Virus record (IMG/VR): IMGVR_UViG_3300027756_000009
Coordinates: 47-64,046 of that record
Strand: one strand, 5' to 3'
DNA from: a virus
Taxonomy: Duplodnaviria; Caudoviricetes
Length of the DNA: 64,000 nt
A program made the translations under genes and the position numbers. Below are positions 11,101-23,600 of the stretch, one piece after another; the stretch's first letter is position 1, and the number at the start of each line of letters is the position of its first letter. Below the pieces are notes generated by a model. The model did not search any database and had not been told where the DNA came from. It worked only from the letters and a program-made list of their open reading frames with translations.

Positions 11101-11602
11101 CAACACTGTGACTGAACCAGCCCGCCCCACCATTGACGAATTGTCCACTGCCTATCAAGGACTACAAGATTACAAAATGCTCAGCGACAACATTGTGCTT
11201 AACTCAGTGACTTTCAAACCTCTGTTTGGTGCCAAGGCCGCTGCGGAACTACGTGCTACCATCAAGGTAATTCGCGCACAAAATTCCACAGCCAGCACCA
11301 GTGAAATCAAAAGTTCAGTAATAGCTGCCATGAACACTTATTTTAGTATTGACAAATGGAATTTTGGAGACACATTTTATTTCTCAGAGTTGGCCGGATA
11401 CCTGCATCGAACTCTTGGTACCATTATAAGTTCAGTGGTATTGGTTCCGTTGGACCAACAAAAAAGTTTTGGTGATTTGTACGAAATACGTAGTGAGCCC
11501 AATGAAATTTTTGCCAACGGTGCTACCATTGCTAACATTGATGTAATTGAAGCATTGACCAGTACCAATCTGCGTACTGCGCCAGGCAGTGGAGTAATTT
11601 AA
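8135..11602 (+). CDS. baseplate wedge subunit gp6-like
   Basis: DFQSYDFETLRK..., SSEYIALLD.IA, E.YIDTAERRDSV.RLA..V.Y..KR, FGDGVF..IP.G, IK.RAP..YYTQNRMV..EDY; follows gp25-like gene. Confidence 0.8.
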   Translation: MATTTRQTAIFGVEDWKQIYQTYREADFQSYDFETLRKSFVDYLRLYYPETFNDYIESSEYIALLDVIAFMGQALAFRTDLNTRENYIDTAERRDSVVRLANLVSYTAKRNTAAQGLLKVFSVVTTENVVDYNGVNLSNVTVDWADPTNPDWQEQFTAIINASLVDTQRVGRPGNRQNILSVRTDEYSINLVPGYLPVIPYSATVDGINMPFEAITSTSVGENYLYEPSPRPNVPFNILFRNDQLGFQSANTGYFFSFKQGVLQNQDFNLAERTANRTVDINVEGVNNEDRWLFQLDNTGTVSKEWTYVENIYAAAAEQLATQLRPIYTVTSRTNDQITMVFGDGVFSEIPVGTFRAYVRASNGLQYIINPEEMQSVTLPISYVDRNGNLQTITFTCGITQPVSNSQAREPIDEIKQRAPAGYYTQNRMVNGEDYNLFPYTKYNSIVKSKALNRASIGTSRYLDLVDNTGKYSSTNTFASDGALWEQLILPTILFSWINRNEIADVITNQVSPGIANTTMRQFYYANFPRESVNTGTTALSTWNQSTTLTNETTGYFKNAAGAAVPVGQVLNFNNNPFYFVAVGSLIKFVPPTGYYFDSNNRLAVGTPTRADERLEIWASPLNIVGDGYNNGLGNFTSGIGPITLNNFVPTGAIVDTVIPLFVTDLPLSFQQQMIEQILLYRNFGIGYDSTGTITGTPYSWYLITQQNLDAYTGSSHPATWSQQYAGNASGHNLDASWLVQFVVQNQNYTITLRGLEYNFGSVLQTRFFYYDGGKIYDSRTGTVISDFINVLAVNTQPNSTDHLYGDIYMTIKGQPVESDGYVDDFQVLVGYRDSDLDGVPDNPDFFEEIVGPVPATPTANSPRVFLQQTVDFDNLQRYLLVEPGTVNDSYATYDDIELEKLSWSPGQIFYAYSQDTFWLLSISINGSRTLVQQSGWIARSGRQALYFQYRHNAPLTARIDPGTTNIIDIYVVTLAYYTAYQNWIKDTTNTVTEPARPTIDELSTAYQGLQDYKMLSDNIVLNSVTFKPLFGAKAAAELRATIKVIRAQNSTASTSEIKSSVIAAMNTYFSIDKWNFGDTFYFSELAGYLHRTLGTIISSVVLVPLDQQKSFGDLYEIRSEPNEIFANGATIANIDVIEALTSTNLRTAPGSGVI

Positions 11603-14600
11603 TGGCCACAGTACGTAGTGTAGATTTTTTACCTGAAATATTTCAAACTGACGCCAACAAGCAATTTCTTTCGGCCACACTGGATCAGTTGATTCAGGAA
11701 CCGCAATTCAAAAAGACTCAAGGCTTTATTGGACGTACTGTGGGCCCAGGTGTCAACCCCAATGACAAATATGTTATAGAACCCACTCGTACTCGGGCCG
11801 ATTACCAACTGGAACCCACAGTGATCAGCCTTGATCCTGCAGCAACCACTACGGTGAAAAATGCCATTACCTATCCAGGTATAAATGATGCCATTGCCTT
11901 GCAAGGTGGCTATGGCGACAATCCAGATCGACTGTACACCAGCGAATTCTACAGCTGGGATCCATTTGTGGATTTTGATACTTTTGTAAATTTCAGTCAA
12001 TATTTTTGGTTGCCATATGGACCAGATGCGGTGGACGTGGCTGTCACTGCAATACCTGCCACCGATGACTTTGTGGTCAATCGTGACAATGGTGTGTACA
12101 CATTTTCTGGCATCAGCGCAGATAATCCCACACTAAATCTTGTTCGAGGCGGCAGTTACACATTTCAAGTTGCACAAAACACCAAAGAAACTGTGAATTA
12201 TCGTGTGCGCAACAACAACAACACATCGTACAGCATTGACTATTTGCCCAATCCCACATTGACCTTGGCTCGTGGCAATACCTATGTGTTCAACTTGACC
12301 ACAACTGGCATATACCCATTCTGGATCAAAACACAAGCAGTGATCGGTACTGGCAATGCCTACAACAGTGGGGTTTCACGTAATGGTGCTGTGACTGGGC
12401 TAGTGACATTCACTGTGCCTCAAGACGCACCCGATGAGCTGTATTATATCAGTCAAAACGACGTCAGCATGCAAGGCGTGTTGAAAATCGTCAACAGCAC
12501 ACCCGGTACTGGACCAGGTTTTTGGATTCAAACCAATCCAGGTATCAATGGTACAGTGCCAATCAATCCCAATATTTCCAGCAGAGATGTCTACGGTGTG
12601 ACCAACAACGGCGAGGATCTTGGTACCGTTACATTCAATGTGCCTTTAAAAACAGCACAAAATTTTTATTACAATTTGCCAGACATTGGCAATGTAAATC
12701 TGTTGACCTCACTGAAATTTGATCAAATCAACAATCAACCATTGGCAACTTTTATACAAACTTATGGTGGCATAGATGGCATCACCTATCTTGACGGTAG
12801 AACATTGATATTCACCGACCCATTTGTGTACGAAGAGGATGGGTGGGTGGTTCAACAACCGTTTGATTCAACGCCATTTGATCCATTGACACAGTCACCA
12901 ACGTTCAATGGACAGCCCGGCAGTTTTGACAACAGTATTCCGGTGCCCCTGGAAGATCGTTATCAACTGTGGCGCATCAGCATTGTGAATTACAATGGCA
13001 CTGATTATATAACTTTGGCAAAATTTGCTACCATTGCTGTATTGGACAAGTTTACTATCAACTACGGTGAACAGTACAGCAATACACAATGGTACAAAAA
13101 TGAAACTGGTTTTTTTGAGCGTGTGCCACACTTGACCGCAATCATGGATACCTTGTATTATCAGGACGGTACTGATCCAGAAATTTTTGGACGCATCAAT
13201 CTAATAGATCAAGCAGAAAACACCACACTGTATATTGATCAGATCATAGGCAAAAAAAACTACACCAGCAACAACGGAGTGACGTTTACCAATGGTCTCA
13301 AAGTAGTGTTTCGTGGGTTGGTAGAACCAGCTGCTTACATCAACAACCAATATTATGTGTCCGGTGTAGGTTCTGCCATTGAGTTGTTGCCAGTTGTGAA
13401 TTTTATCACTCCTGAAACTTATGTGATCAATGAAAATGACAGCGGTCTTCCTGTGCCGTCAGATACTGATTATTTGACCATAAGTCGGGCCAGCCCTGAC
13501 CTCAATGCCTGGACAAGAAGCAATCGTTGGTTCCATATAGATGTGATCACAGCCACGGCCAGCTACAACAACACTGCGGCAGTGCTGGACAACAACTATC
13601 GAGCCAAACGACCAATCATTCAGTTCCGCCAAGGCCTGAGATTGTACAACATGGGCACACAAGGTAAGCAATCGGTGGACATGATTGACTTCCAAGAAAC
13701 AGATGCATTCTCCAATATAGAAGGCTCCACTGGATACTCAGTGAATGGTTATACCTTGGTACAAGGCAGCAGAATAATTTTTGCCGCTGACCTAGATCCT
13801 GATGTGCAAAACAAAGTTTATGTGGTAAATTTCATCATTCCGGACACAGTGTCTCCCTTGATAGCTCAACCCATAATCAACCTGGTGTTGGCCGATGACG
13901 GAGTAGTCACTGCAGATCAGTGTTTGGTCAGTCTTGAAGCCACGCTGTTTGAATCCAGCCAACAAAATGCAGGAACCACCTACTGGTATAACGGAACCGA
14001 CTGGGTATTGGCACAACAAAAAATTGGTATCCAACAAGCCCCACTGTTCAACATCTACAATCCCAATGGTGTGAGCTTTGCAGATCAATCAATATATCCC
14101 AGTAGTACATTTGTTGGTAGCAAATTGTTCAGCTACGCAGCAGGTGATACCACAATCTTGGATCCTGTGTTGCAATTTCCTTTGCAATATCTCAATATCA
14201 ACAACGTTGGCGATATTGTGTTTGAAAACAATCTTTACAAAGATACTTTTCTTTATGTTCTAAACAATATCAGCACTGTTCAAGATATCAGTTCAGGCTC
14301 GGTCCGAGAATATCAAACTCGCACTGGGTATCGGTCACTGTTGGGCTGGCAAACCGCAGCTACATCTAGTTTGGTAAAACAACAATTTAAATTTACCTAC
14401 AATACCAGCACACTAAAACTGGATATTAAAATTTCTGATCCAGTTACTGTACCAACAATTTCTGTGTTTGTGGGATCAGTATTTTTAGAATCTTCAGAAT
14501 ACACTTATGTTACCACGGACAACAGCACCACAATCACATTATTGAAAACTTATGTTCCTGGAGACATTGTGGAAGTTGTGGTGCTCAGCAATCAAATCAG

Positions 14601-17600
14601 CCAGGTGGCGTTTTATCAAGTGCCTGACAATTTGCAAAACAACCCACTCAATGCCAACTCTCCGTCATTTACATTGGGCACCATACGCACTCATTATGAA
14701 AGCATTTGTCAAAATTTAATTTCATTGTCGGGACCGGTTAATGGTGCCAACAACACACGCGATCTTGGCAACATAGTTCCTTATGGTCAAGTGATTCTGC
14801 AACAAAGTGCTCCAGTGACCTTGACCGGATACTTCATGCGCAGTGACAAATTCAATGTGTTTGCATCATTGCAGTACAACAGTCAAGAATACAGCAAATT
14901 CAAAGCACAAGTATTGGATGCTGTTACTATTCAAGAAATAAATTTCCAAACCCCAGCACAAATACTAGACACAGCCATAAACTATGTGGTTGCTGGAAGA
15001 GTAGACACACAACCTTTTTATTGGAGTGACATGCTGCCGCACGGCGCTGTGTATATCTCCAACACCTACACAGTGTCAAATACAACCAGTGCAACATTTG
15101 ACACTGTGCAAGTTTACAACTATGAATCAGCAAATTATTTGGGATTGTTGGTTTATGTCAATGATCGTCTGCTCACTCGCGATTTAGAATATGTTGTGGC
15201 CATCAACGGCCCTACTATTACCATAACCATACCATTGACTTTGGGTGACCAAGTCACCATCAACGAATACTCAACCACTGCTGGCAGTTTTGTGCCCAAT
15301 ACTCCTACCAAACTGGGTTTGTACCCGGCCTGGCAACCACAACAAACTGTGCAACGAACCACCTACGGTGAATGGACAGTCATTGTAGGACATGACGGCA
15401 GCATAACTCGAGCATTTGATGACATACGTGACAGTGTTTTGTTGGAATTCGAAACTAGAATTTACAACAACCTCAAATTAGATGGCAACCCTGTGCCACT
15501 CACAGTGTATGATGTGCTACCTGGACAATTTAGAACTACTGGATACACCTATGAAGAAATCAACAACATACTGTCCAAAGATTTTCTTAGCTGGGTGGCC
15601 TGGAACAAATTGGACTATCGCACACAAGATTATCGCGCCAATAATGAGTTTACTTGGAACTATAGTGCATCGCAAAATCGTCTCGATAACGAGAATCTAC
15701 TGGGCGCCTGGCGCGGCATCTACAAATATTTCTACGACACACAACAGCCTGAGTATACTCCTTGGGAAATGCTGGGATTCACCATCAAGCCTGACTGGTG
15801 GGAAAACACTTATGGTGCCGCACCTTATACCGCAGACAACTTGGTGTTGTGGGACGATTTGCAAAATGGCTATGTAGCTGATCCTGTGGCCCCGTATGTG
15901 CTTCCTGAATTTGCAAGACCTGGACTCACCAGCGTGATACCCACTGGCAACCAAGGCGAATTATTGCCACCATTTGATACAGTAGTGGGAACCTACAGTC
16001 AAACTCAGTTTAGAAAAAGCTGGGCTGTGGGCGACGGAGGTCCTGTTGAGGCCTCATGGTGGAACAGCAGCAGTTATCCATTTGCAGTGATGCGTTTGTT
16101 GGCAGTGACTCGCCCGGCCAAATTTTTTGCACTGTTTGCTGATCGAGACCTGTATCGTTATAATGCAGAATACGGTCAATATCTCTACAATGATCGATAT
16201 AGATTAGATGCCAACGGCATTGAAGTGTATGGCAATGGAGTCAGTAAAGCCAGTTACATTGACTGGATTGTGGATTACAATCGACAAACTGGTATTGACA
16301 GTACCAAGGAACTCACAGACGACCTCAAAGCTCTGGACGTGAGATTGAGTTATCGCATGGCTAGTTTCAGTGACAAACAATACATCAAGTTGTACACTGA
16401 AAAAAGCAGTCCCAACAGTCAAAACACTACTCTGTTGATTCCTGACGAAAGTTACAATTTAATATTGTACAAAAATCAACCGTTTGATCGTGTGAGTTAC
16501 AGCAGTGTGGTGGTACAACAAGTTCCTGGTGGTTACTCAGTGTTTGGTTATAGTACCGCACAGCCTTATTTCAACATTGTCAAAAGCCTGGCTAATGGTC
16601 AATTGAGAACTTTTGCAGTGGCTGGAGTTGTTGTACAAGTACCAACATTTTACACCAACACTGTGGTGCAAGTGCCTTATGGATTTGTGTACAAAGATCT
16701 CACATCAGTGTGTGACTTTTTGTTGTGTTATGGGCAATTGTTGGAACTTCAAGGCCTGACTTTTACAGATCGAGCCAATGGGTATTTGCTGGACTGGAGC
16801 CAGATGGTCACAGAATTCTTGTACTGGAGCCAACAAGGTTGGGAAGACAATGCCTTGATCAACTTGAATCCACTGGCATCCAAACTTACAGTGACCAAAG
16901 AGCAAGCAGTAGTAGACAGTGTACGTGCTCAGACCAGTGACAACATATTGTTGAACCAGGATCGCAGAGAATTATCAACTAAAAATCTCAATATTGTGAG
17001 ACTGGGCAATTTGTTTTCAGCTCAGCCATTGACTGAGCAAAGTCTTAACTATATTGATCTACGATTCACCAGCTACGAGCACATGATCATTCTGAACAAC
17101 AAGAGTGTGTTTGGTGATCTCATATATGATCCTGTGACAGGTGCTAGACAAAATAGACTGACCTTGATTGCTGTTACCACCACCAGGTGGGATGGTTCTG
17201 TGGATGCACCCGGATTTATTCTCAACCAAGACAATGTGGAAGAATGGACTGGATTAAGAATCTACAGCAAAGGTGAAATTGTCAAATACAAAAATGTGTA
17301 CTGGTCAGCATTGACCATTGTGCAACCCAGTACCACTTTTGAAACTCAGTACTGGACACAAAACAATTATACTCAAATTGAACTGGGGCTGTTGCCTAAC
17401 ATTGCCAACAAAGCCAACCAGCTGGCCAACAGCTACAACATCAACACAGCCAACATTGAGTTGGATAATGATTTGTTAAGTTATGGGCTGATAGGATTTA
17501 GACCCAGACAGTACATGGCAGCATTGAATCTTGATGACGTCAGTCAGGTCAACATTTATCGACAGTTTCTTGGATCTAAAGGTACACTGCTGTCAACTGA

Positions 17601-20600
17601 ATTGTTCAATCAAGCTGACCTGGGCAAAGAAGCTGGCGATTACAAAATATATGAAAATTGGGCAGTGCTGCGCGGAACATACGGAGCCAACGCCAATCGA
17701 AGTTTTTTTGAATTAAGACTGAATCGCGCATTATTGAGTTCCAACCCCAGCTTGGTACAAGTGGTGGTCCCCCAACAGCCAAGTCAAGCAGATCAAACGG
17801 TGTTGCTGTCAGATGTATGGAGAAAAAGTTATCAATTGACCTCGCCCAACATCCTGCCAACCACCACTACCTTGCCCACTGATATTTCTTTGCCCACAGC
17901 TGGCTACGTGAATGTGGATGATGTTGACATCACTGTGTTCAGCATTGATGACACTGCCAGTCTGTCGGCCAACATTGATTCAATCAAGGTAGGCACCAGT
18001 ATCTGGGTGGCAAAAATCAATGCCTACGACTGGAACATATACCGAGCACAACAAGTTCCAGGACAAATTCAGCACGTTTGCGACAATCTCAATGGCACCA
18101 GTCGAGTGATATTTTCTCAACAGCATGGATTGTTGACCGGCGACACACTGATAATCAAATATTTTGACCAAGAAATCAATGGCGTGTACAAAGTGTTGTC
18201 AGTGGCAGACTTGGTCACAGTGAATATTGCATTTGCATTTGTAGACAGTCGCACAGTGGCCAACGGTATAGGCATTGGATTTACTTTAAAAACCATGCGT
18301 GTGAGTCAGGCCAGTGATGTGTTGTCTTTGCCTTATGCCAACACACTACAACCGGGTGCCACTGTATGGGTTGACAACGATGGCCAAGGACTTTGGGAAG
18401 TGTTGCAAAAACAAAATGTTTTCAGCACGTTGACATCTTTAAGTCCCACATTGTTGGACGCCAGCGAACAATATGGACAATCGGTTACTCAAGCGTTCAA
18501 CAGATTTGCTACTTTGGTAGGCAGTCCTAGATATGGATTTGGTTCAGGCACCGCTAAAGGGGCTGTGTATGTGTATGTGAGAAGCGACACCGATCAATAC
18601 ATACCAATAAGCCCATTAGCAGCTGGGGACAGTATATTGACCCTGGATGTCACCGGCGTGCGCGGATACGGCAACTCTGTAGATTTTGGTTATCAAACCT
18701 GGGCAGTGGCAGGTGCTTCGGCCAGTCTTGGACCCACAGGATCGGCCAACAACGGATATGCTTGTGTGATTTTTCAAGATCCTGATCCAGGATCAATACC
18801 TTATACACAATGGCAACTGCTGACACAGCCGGGCACAACAACTTCTAGCACACCTGGAGCAGGCGAATTTGGATACTCTGTTGCAATCAGTCAAGACGAA
18901 CGCTGGATGTATATTGGTGCTCCTGGACTCAATCAAGTGCATGCCTATGGACGGGTTGACTGGCAAGATCAATTTGTAAACATATTTGCTGATGGATCCA
19001 CACTGGAATTTGGATTCAATCAAGCAATTCAGATTTCTGCTGCCACTCAAATCCGAGTCACTGTTGATAGCCAAATACAAATTTTAAATAGTGATTACAC
19101 TGTTCTGCAGCAGGCAGGTGTATATCAATCTGTAGTTTTCTCAACTGAACCTGCAGCCGGGCTGTTGGTGTCAATTTCAAGAATAAACATCTTGCAACTG
19201 GATGCCAATACCTATTATCAAGTGACACAAAGCTCAACATCGGGCACAGGCACAGGAGCACAATTTACCATAGTGCGCGAACGCGGTTATGTGGGGCAAC
19301 CGGGTGCAACGTCAGGCACAGTGGGAGTTACATTTGGTGGTTTGGGATATGTTGCAGGCAATACCATTACCATTGCAGCTTCAAAATTTGGTGGCGGGGT
19401 CGACGGAGTCAACAATATTGTACTTACGGTGACGTCGGTGGCTGCAGGAGCTGTGACCGGATTTACCATAGCTTATACTCCGCCTGCAGCAGCACAAACA
19501 TTGAGCATAAACGAATATTTTGCCACCGCTGACAACATTTACTCTTTCAGTCTCAAAGTCAATGACATATTGCAGAGGCCCAATATTGATTACGTATTCA
19601 ATATTGGCACCGGAGACATCACATTCACAACAAATCCTGCGTATGGCGCAGTTATTATAGCACGAGCACAAGGCTACTTTGAATATGTCAACAGCATCAC
19701 TATGCCTGGATTGAGTGCTGGTGATAGATTTGGACACTCGGTTAGTTGCACCACAGATGGCCGGCAACTTGTTGTTGGCACACCCAACAACACTGTGACC
19801 ACAGTGGGTTCATATCCGCAAGCGGGCTCAGTATATGTTTTTGATAGAAATGTCCAAAGATTCATTTACAATTCTGACAATTCTACAATCTCAGGATTTC
19901 AATTCACAGTATTAGGATCAGTCACTGCTCCAGTAAGTGTATTGGTTAATGGAACGTTCTTGGTCAACCAGGCTGATTCTGTGGTCAATGGAAACAACAC
20001 ATTCACCGTGGCTGGTAACATAATCACAATTAATGGCAACTTACAAACTGGTGACATAATTGAAATTGAAACCAATCAATTTTCCACAATACAAACAGTA
20101 CAACAACATGCCGTGGCCAATTTTTCAAACTTTGGCACAGCAGTTGACATTTGCAACTATAATTGCAGTTTGTATGTGGGAGAACCACAAAGCTCACTGC
20201 AGATTTTCAAAGGCGGAATTGTAGAACGTTTTGTAAATCAAAGTAGAACATATGGTATCATATCCAGCACGAATAAAAATCCCACGTTGACCGTGGGCAA
20301 CACACTGAGAGTCAATGACACGGATGTGGCAGTTCCAGCTGCGGCAGGATCTGTCAGTTCGTTGCAGGGCCTAGCCAACAACATTAATTCTGCAGTGCCC
20401 AATGTCACTGCCACAGTGAGCAGCCAAGGTATTCTAACACTGGCAGTGGCCAACAGTGACGCTGCACCAGCATTTGACAAACTGCAAGTCAGCACAGGAT
20501 CCACGGGCACTGCATTCTCAGACCTCGGTTTTGAAACATTTGTTTGGACTCAAAACATATTCAATCCTTATCCATTGGACTATGCAGCCTTTGGATCAGC

Positions 20601-23600
20601 AATCAGCATCAATGACACAGCCACCAATCTTGTGGTAGGTGCACCAAACGGCACAATCTATATCGAAATTGAATTTGATCAAGGCACCACAATATTTGAT
20701 GACAATGCCACTGTGTTTTTCTCATTGATTGTGCAAAGCGGTGCAGTGTACACATTTGATTATTTGCCCAGTTCAGAGTCAAGTATAACCAATCCTGGAA
20801 ATTTTGTGTTTGGATTACAAATTGTTGATTCCGATTTGAATAGTTTGAGTAAATTTGGCACCGCGGTCAGTTACAATTCGGGAGTGCTCATGGTTGGTGC
20901 TCCGGGCAATGATCTTGGAGACAGCAGCAGCGCAGATTTTGGCTCTGTTATTGTGTACGAAAATCCCAACCGAGTGCCCAGCTGGACAGTGATATATCAA
21001 CAACAACCAGTGGTAGACATTCAATCATTGGATTCGGTATTTTTGTACGATCGCATAACGTCTGCCACCACAGAATTTTTGGATTTCTTCAACCCGTTAC
21101 AGGGAAAAATACTAGGAGCTGCTAGAGAAAACATTGACTACATCAGTGGCGTTGATCCAGCATCTTACAATATAGGTCCTGCAAACATCAATGGTTCTAC
21201 CTGGAGCCTGGGACATGTGGGAGAAGTATGGTGGGATGTCAGCACTGTGAGATTTGTTGATCCCAATCAAGAAAGCATTGTGTACGCCAGTCGACGTTGG
21301 GGACAACTGTTCCCGGGCAGCATAGTGGATGTGTATCAGTGGATAGAAAGTGATGTACCACCAAGTGCCTACACAGGTCCTGGAATTCCTCGAGACACAG
21401 TGAGTTACAGTATCAATTCGCAACTGGGCAACGGTGGATTGATCACAACTCAATTCTATTTCTGGGTGCAAGGAATCACATCACTCAATCCATTATCAAC
21501 AAAAACCTTGCCACCTTCCACAGTGGCCAATTATATTAGCAATCCCAGAGCATCAGGAATTGCATATTTGGCACCTATCAATGCCAGCACTGTGGCATTA
21601 TACAACTGCTCTGATTTGATAGCCGCACAAGATACTGTTTTGCACATTGGGTTTGATCAAGAATTGACCACAGCCAATGTTCACACCGAGTATGAACTTA
21701 TTGCGCAAGACAAAGCAGATGCATTTCTCAGCGACAATCTCTATCGTAAATTGCAAGATAGTTTCTGCGGAGTTGACACATTTGGTAACAAAGTTCCTGA
21801 CCCCAATCTTGGCCCTGCTGAAAGTTACGGTGTTCAATTCCGCCCACGCCAGAGCATGTTTGCAGATCGCTTTATTGCTTTACAAAACTATCTCACACGT
21901 GCCAATGCAGTGATGTCACTGTATCCCTTGAGCGAATCCGGCAATTATCCCTTGTTGAACAGCAGTGAACGTATACTACCGGCCTCAGAAACTATTGACG
22001 GTCAAACAGTGGTGAATTGGAATTTTGGCGTGACAAATCTGGAAGAGTTGGGATTCCAACAACCAATTTGGAGCAATCTAACTGGTCCCATACCTGTTGG
22101 TTACAAATATCTAGTGGCGTCAGACAGCAGCAACCGTGGACTTTGGACCATATACGAAGTGCAAAACAGTCAAACCCAAGCTGGAGTCAGAGTACTGACT
22201 CTGGTGCGAGTGCAACTGTACCGCACAAGTGATTACTGGAGTTATGTAGACTGGTATCGTCCAGGATACAACAGCACCACCAATGTCATAGCCGAAGTAT
22301 CAAATTATGCCACATTGGCCACACTAACTGTGCCTGTTGGCAGCAGTGTACAAGTCACTGCCAATGGCCAAGGCAGATTTGAAATTTATTTGAGAACAGA
22401 TCTAGGATGGGAACGAGTGGGCTTGCAAAATGGCACTATTGAATTCTCTGCTGAACTTTGGGACTATGCCCTGGGCAAGTTTGGATTTGATGTGGAAGTG
22501 TTTGATGCACAATACTTTGATCAAGAACCTGTGATAGAAACACGCAAAATAATACAAGCCATTAACGAAGAAATATTCATTGATGATCTAGCTATTCAAC
22601 GCAACAAAGCTCTGGTGTTGATGTTTAATTTTGTATTGAGTGAGTTTACTGCACCTGAGTGGTTGGTCAAAACCAGCTTGATTGATGTTGAACACAGAAT
22701 TCGTGCGCTGATTCCTTATCAAAATTATGTGCGTGACAATCAAGAATTTGTATCAGACTATATTCAAGAAGTAAAACCATACCATGTGCAAGTACGTGAA
22801 TTCAACTTGCGCTACAATGGTTTTGATCAGTTCTTTGGAGACGTTGCTGACTTTGATTTGCCAGCTTACTACAATACCAGTCTTGAAATACCGCAATATA
22901 CCAGCCCGGTGTTGTTGCCATACGATCACGGCACAGCACAAGTCAGTAACTTCCTGAGCGATTTACCAGACAGTTCGGCAGTTTGGGAAACATGGCCATA
23001 CAGTCAATGGTTCAACAATTATTTGTTGGACATTGTGAGTGTGCGTATGGTCAACACTGGGCAAGGATACGTACAACCACCAGTGGTAACAATTCAAGGG
23101 GATGCCACAGTAGCAGCCACAGCAGTGGCCCTGGTCAACAGTGTGGGGCAGGTGGTGGCCATAAACATTACCAGTACTGGGTCAGGGTATCGATCAACGC
23201 CAACCATAGTGTTTGAACAAGGCAATGGTTCAGGAGCAGTGGCCTATGCTGTGATGAGCAACGCCCTGGTGAGAAACATTCGTACTACCATACGCTATGA
23301 TCGCTGCGAGTTCCAGTCATCAGTCATAATCTGGCAGCCCGGTGTGATTTATACACAAGGGACCTTGGCAAGATATCTTGACCGGGTATGGCAGGCCAAG
23401 TCGGTTGTGCCCAGTAGTACCATATTTGATCTGGCGTATTGGACAGAGATTCCTGCCAGTGCTCTCAGCGGCGCTGATCGTACCCTGGGTTATTATGTGT
23501 CTGGAGTAAATCAACCAGGACTGGAGTTGCCATTACTGATAGATGGGATTGGTTACCCAGGTGTTCAAGTTTATGGCAATTATTTTCTAGGAAATCCTGC

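Noticed and set aside
5133-13259. A8 runs (5133-5140 and near 13252) as programmed frameshift or phase-variation sites
   Set aside because: Both are in intact frames encoding Lys; no alternative-frame product or downstream structure noticed.
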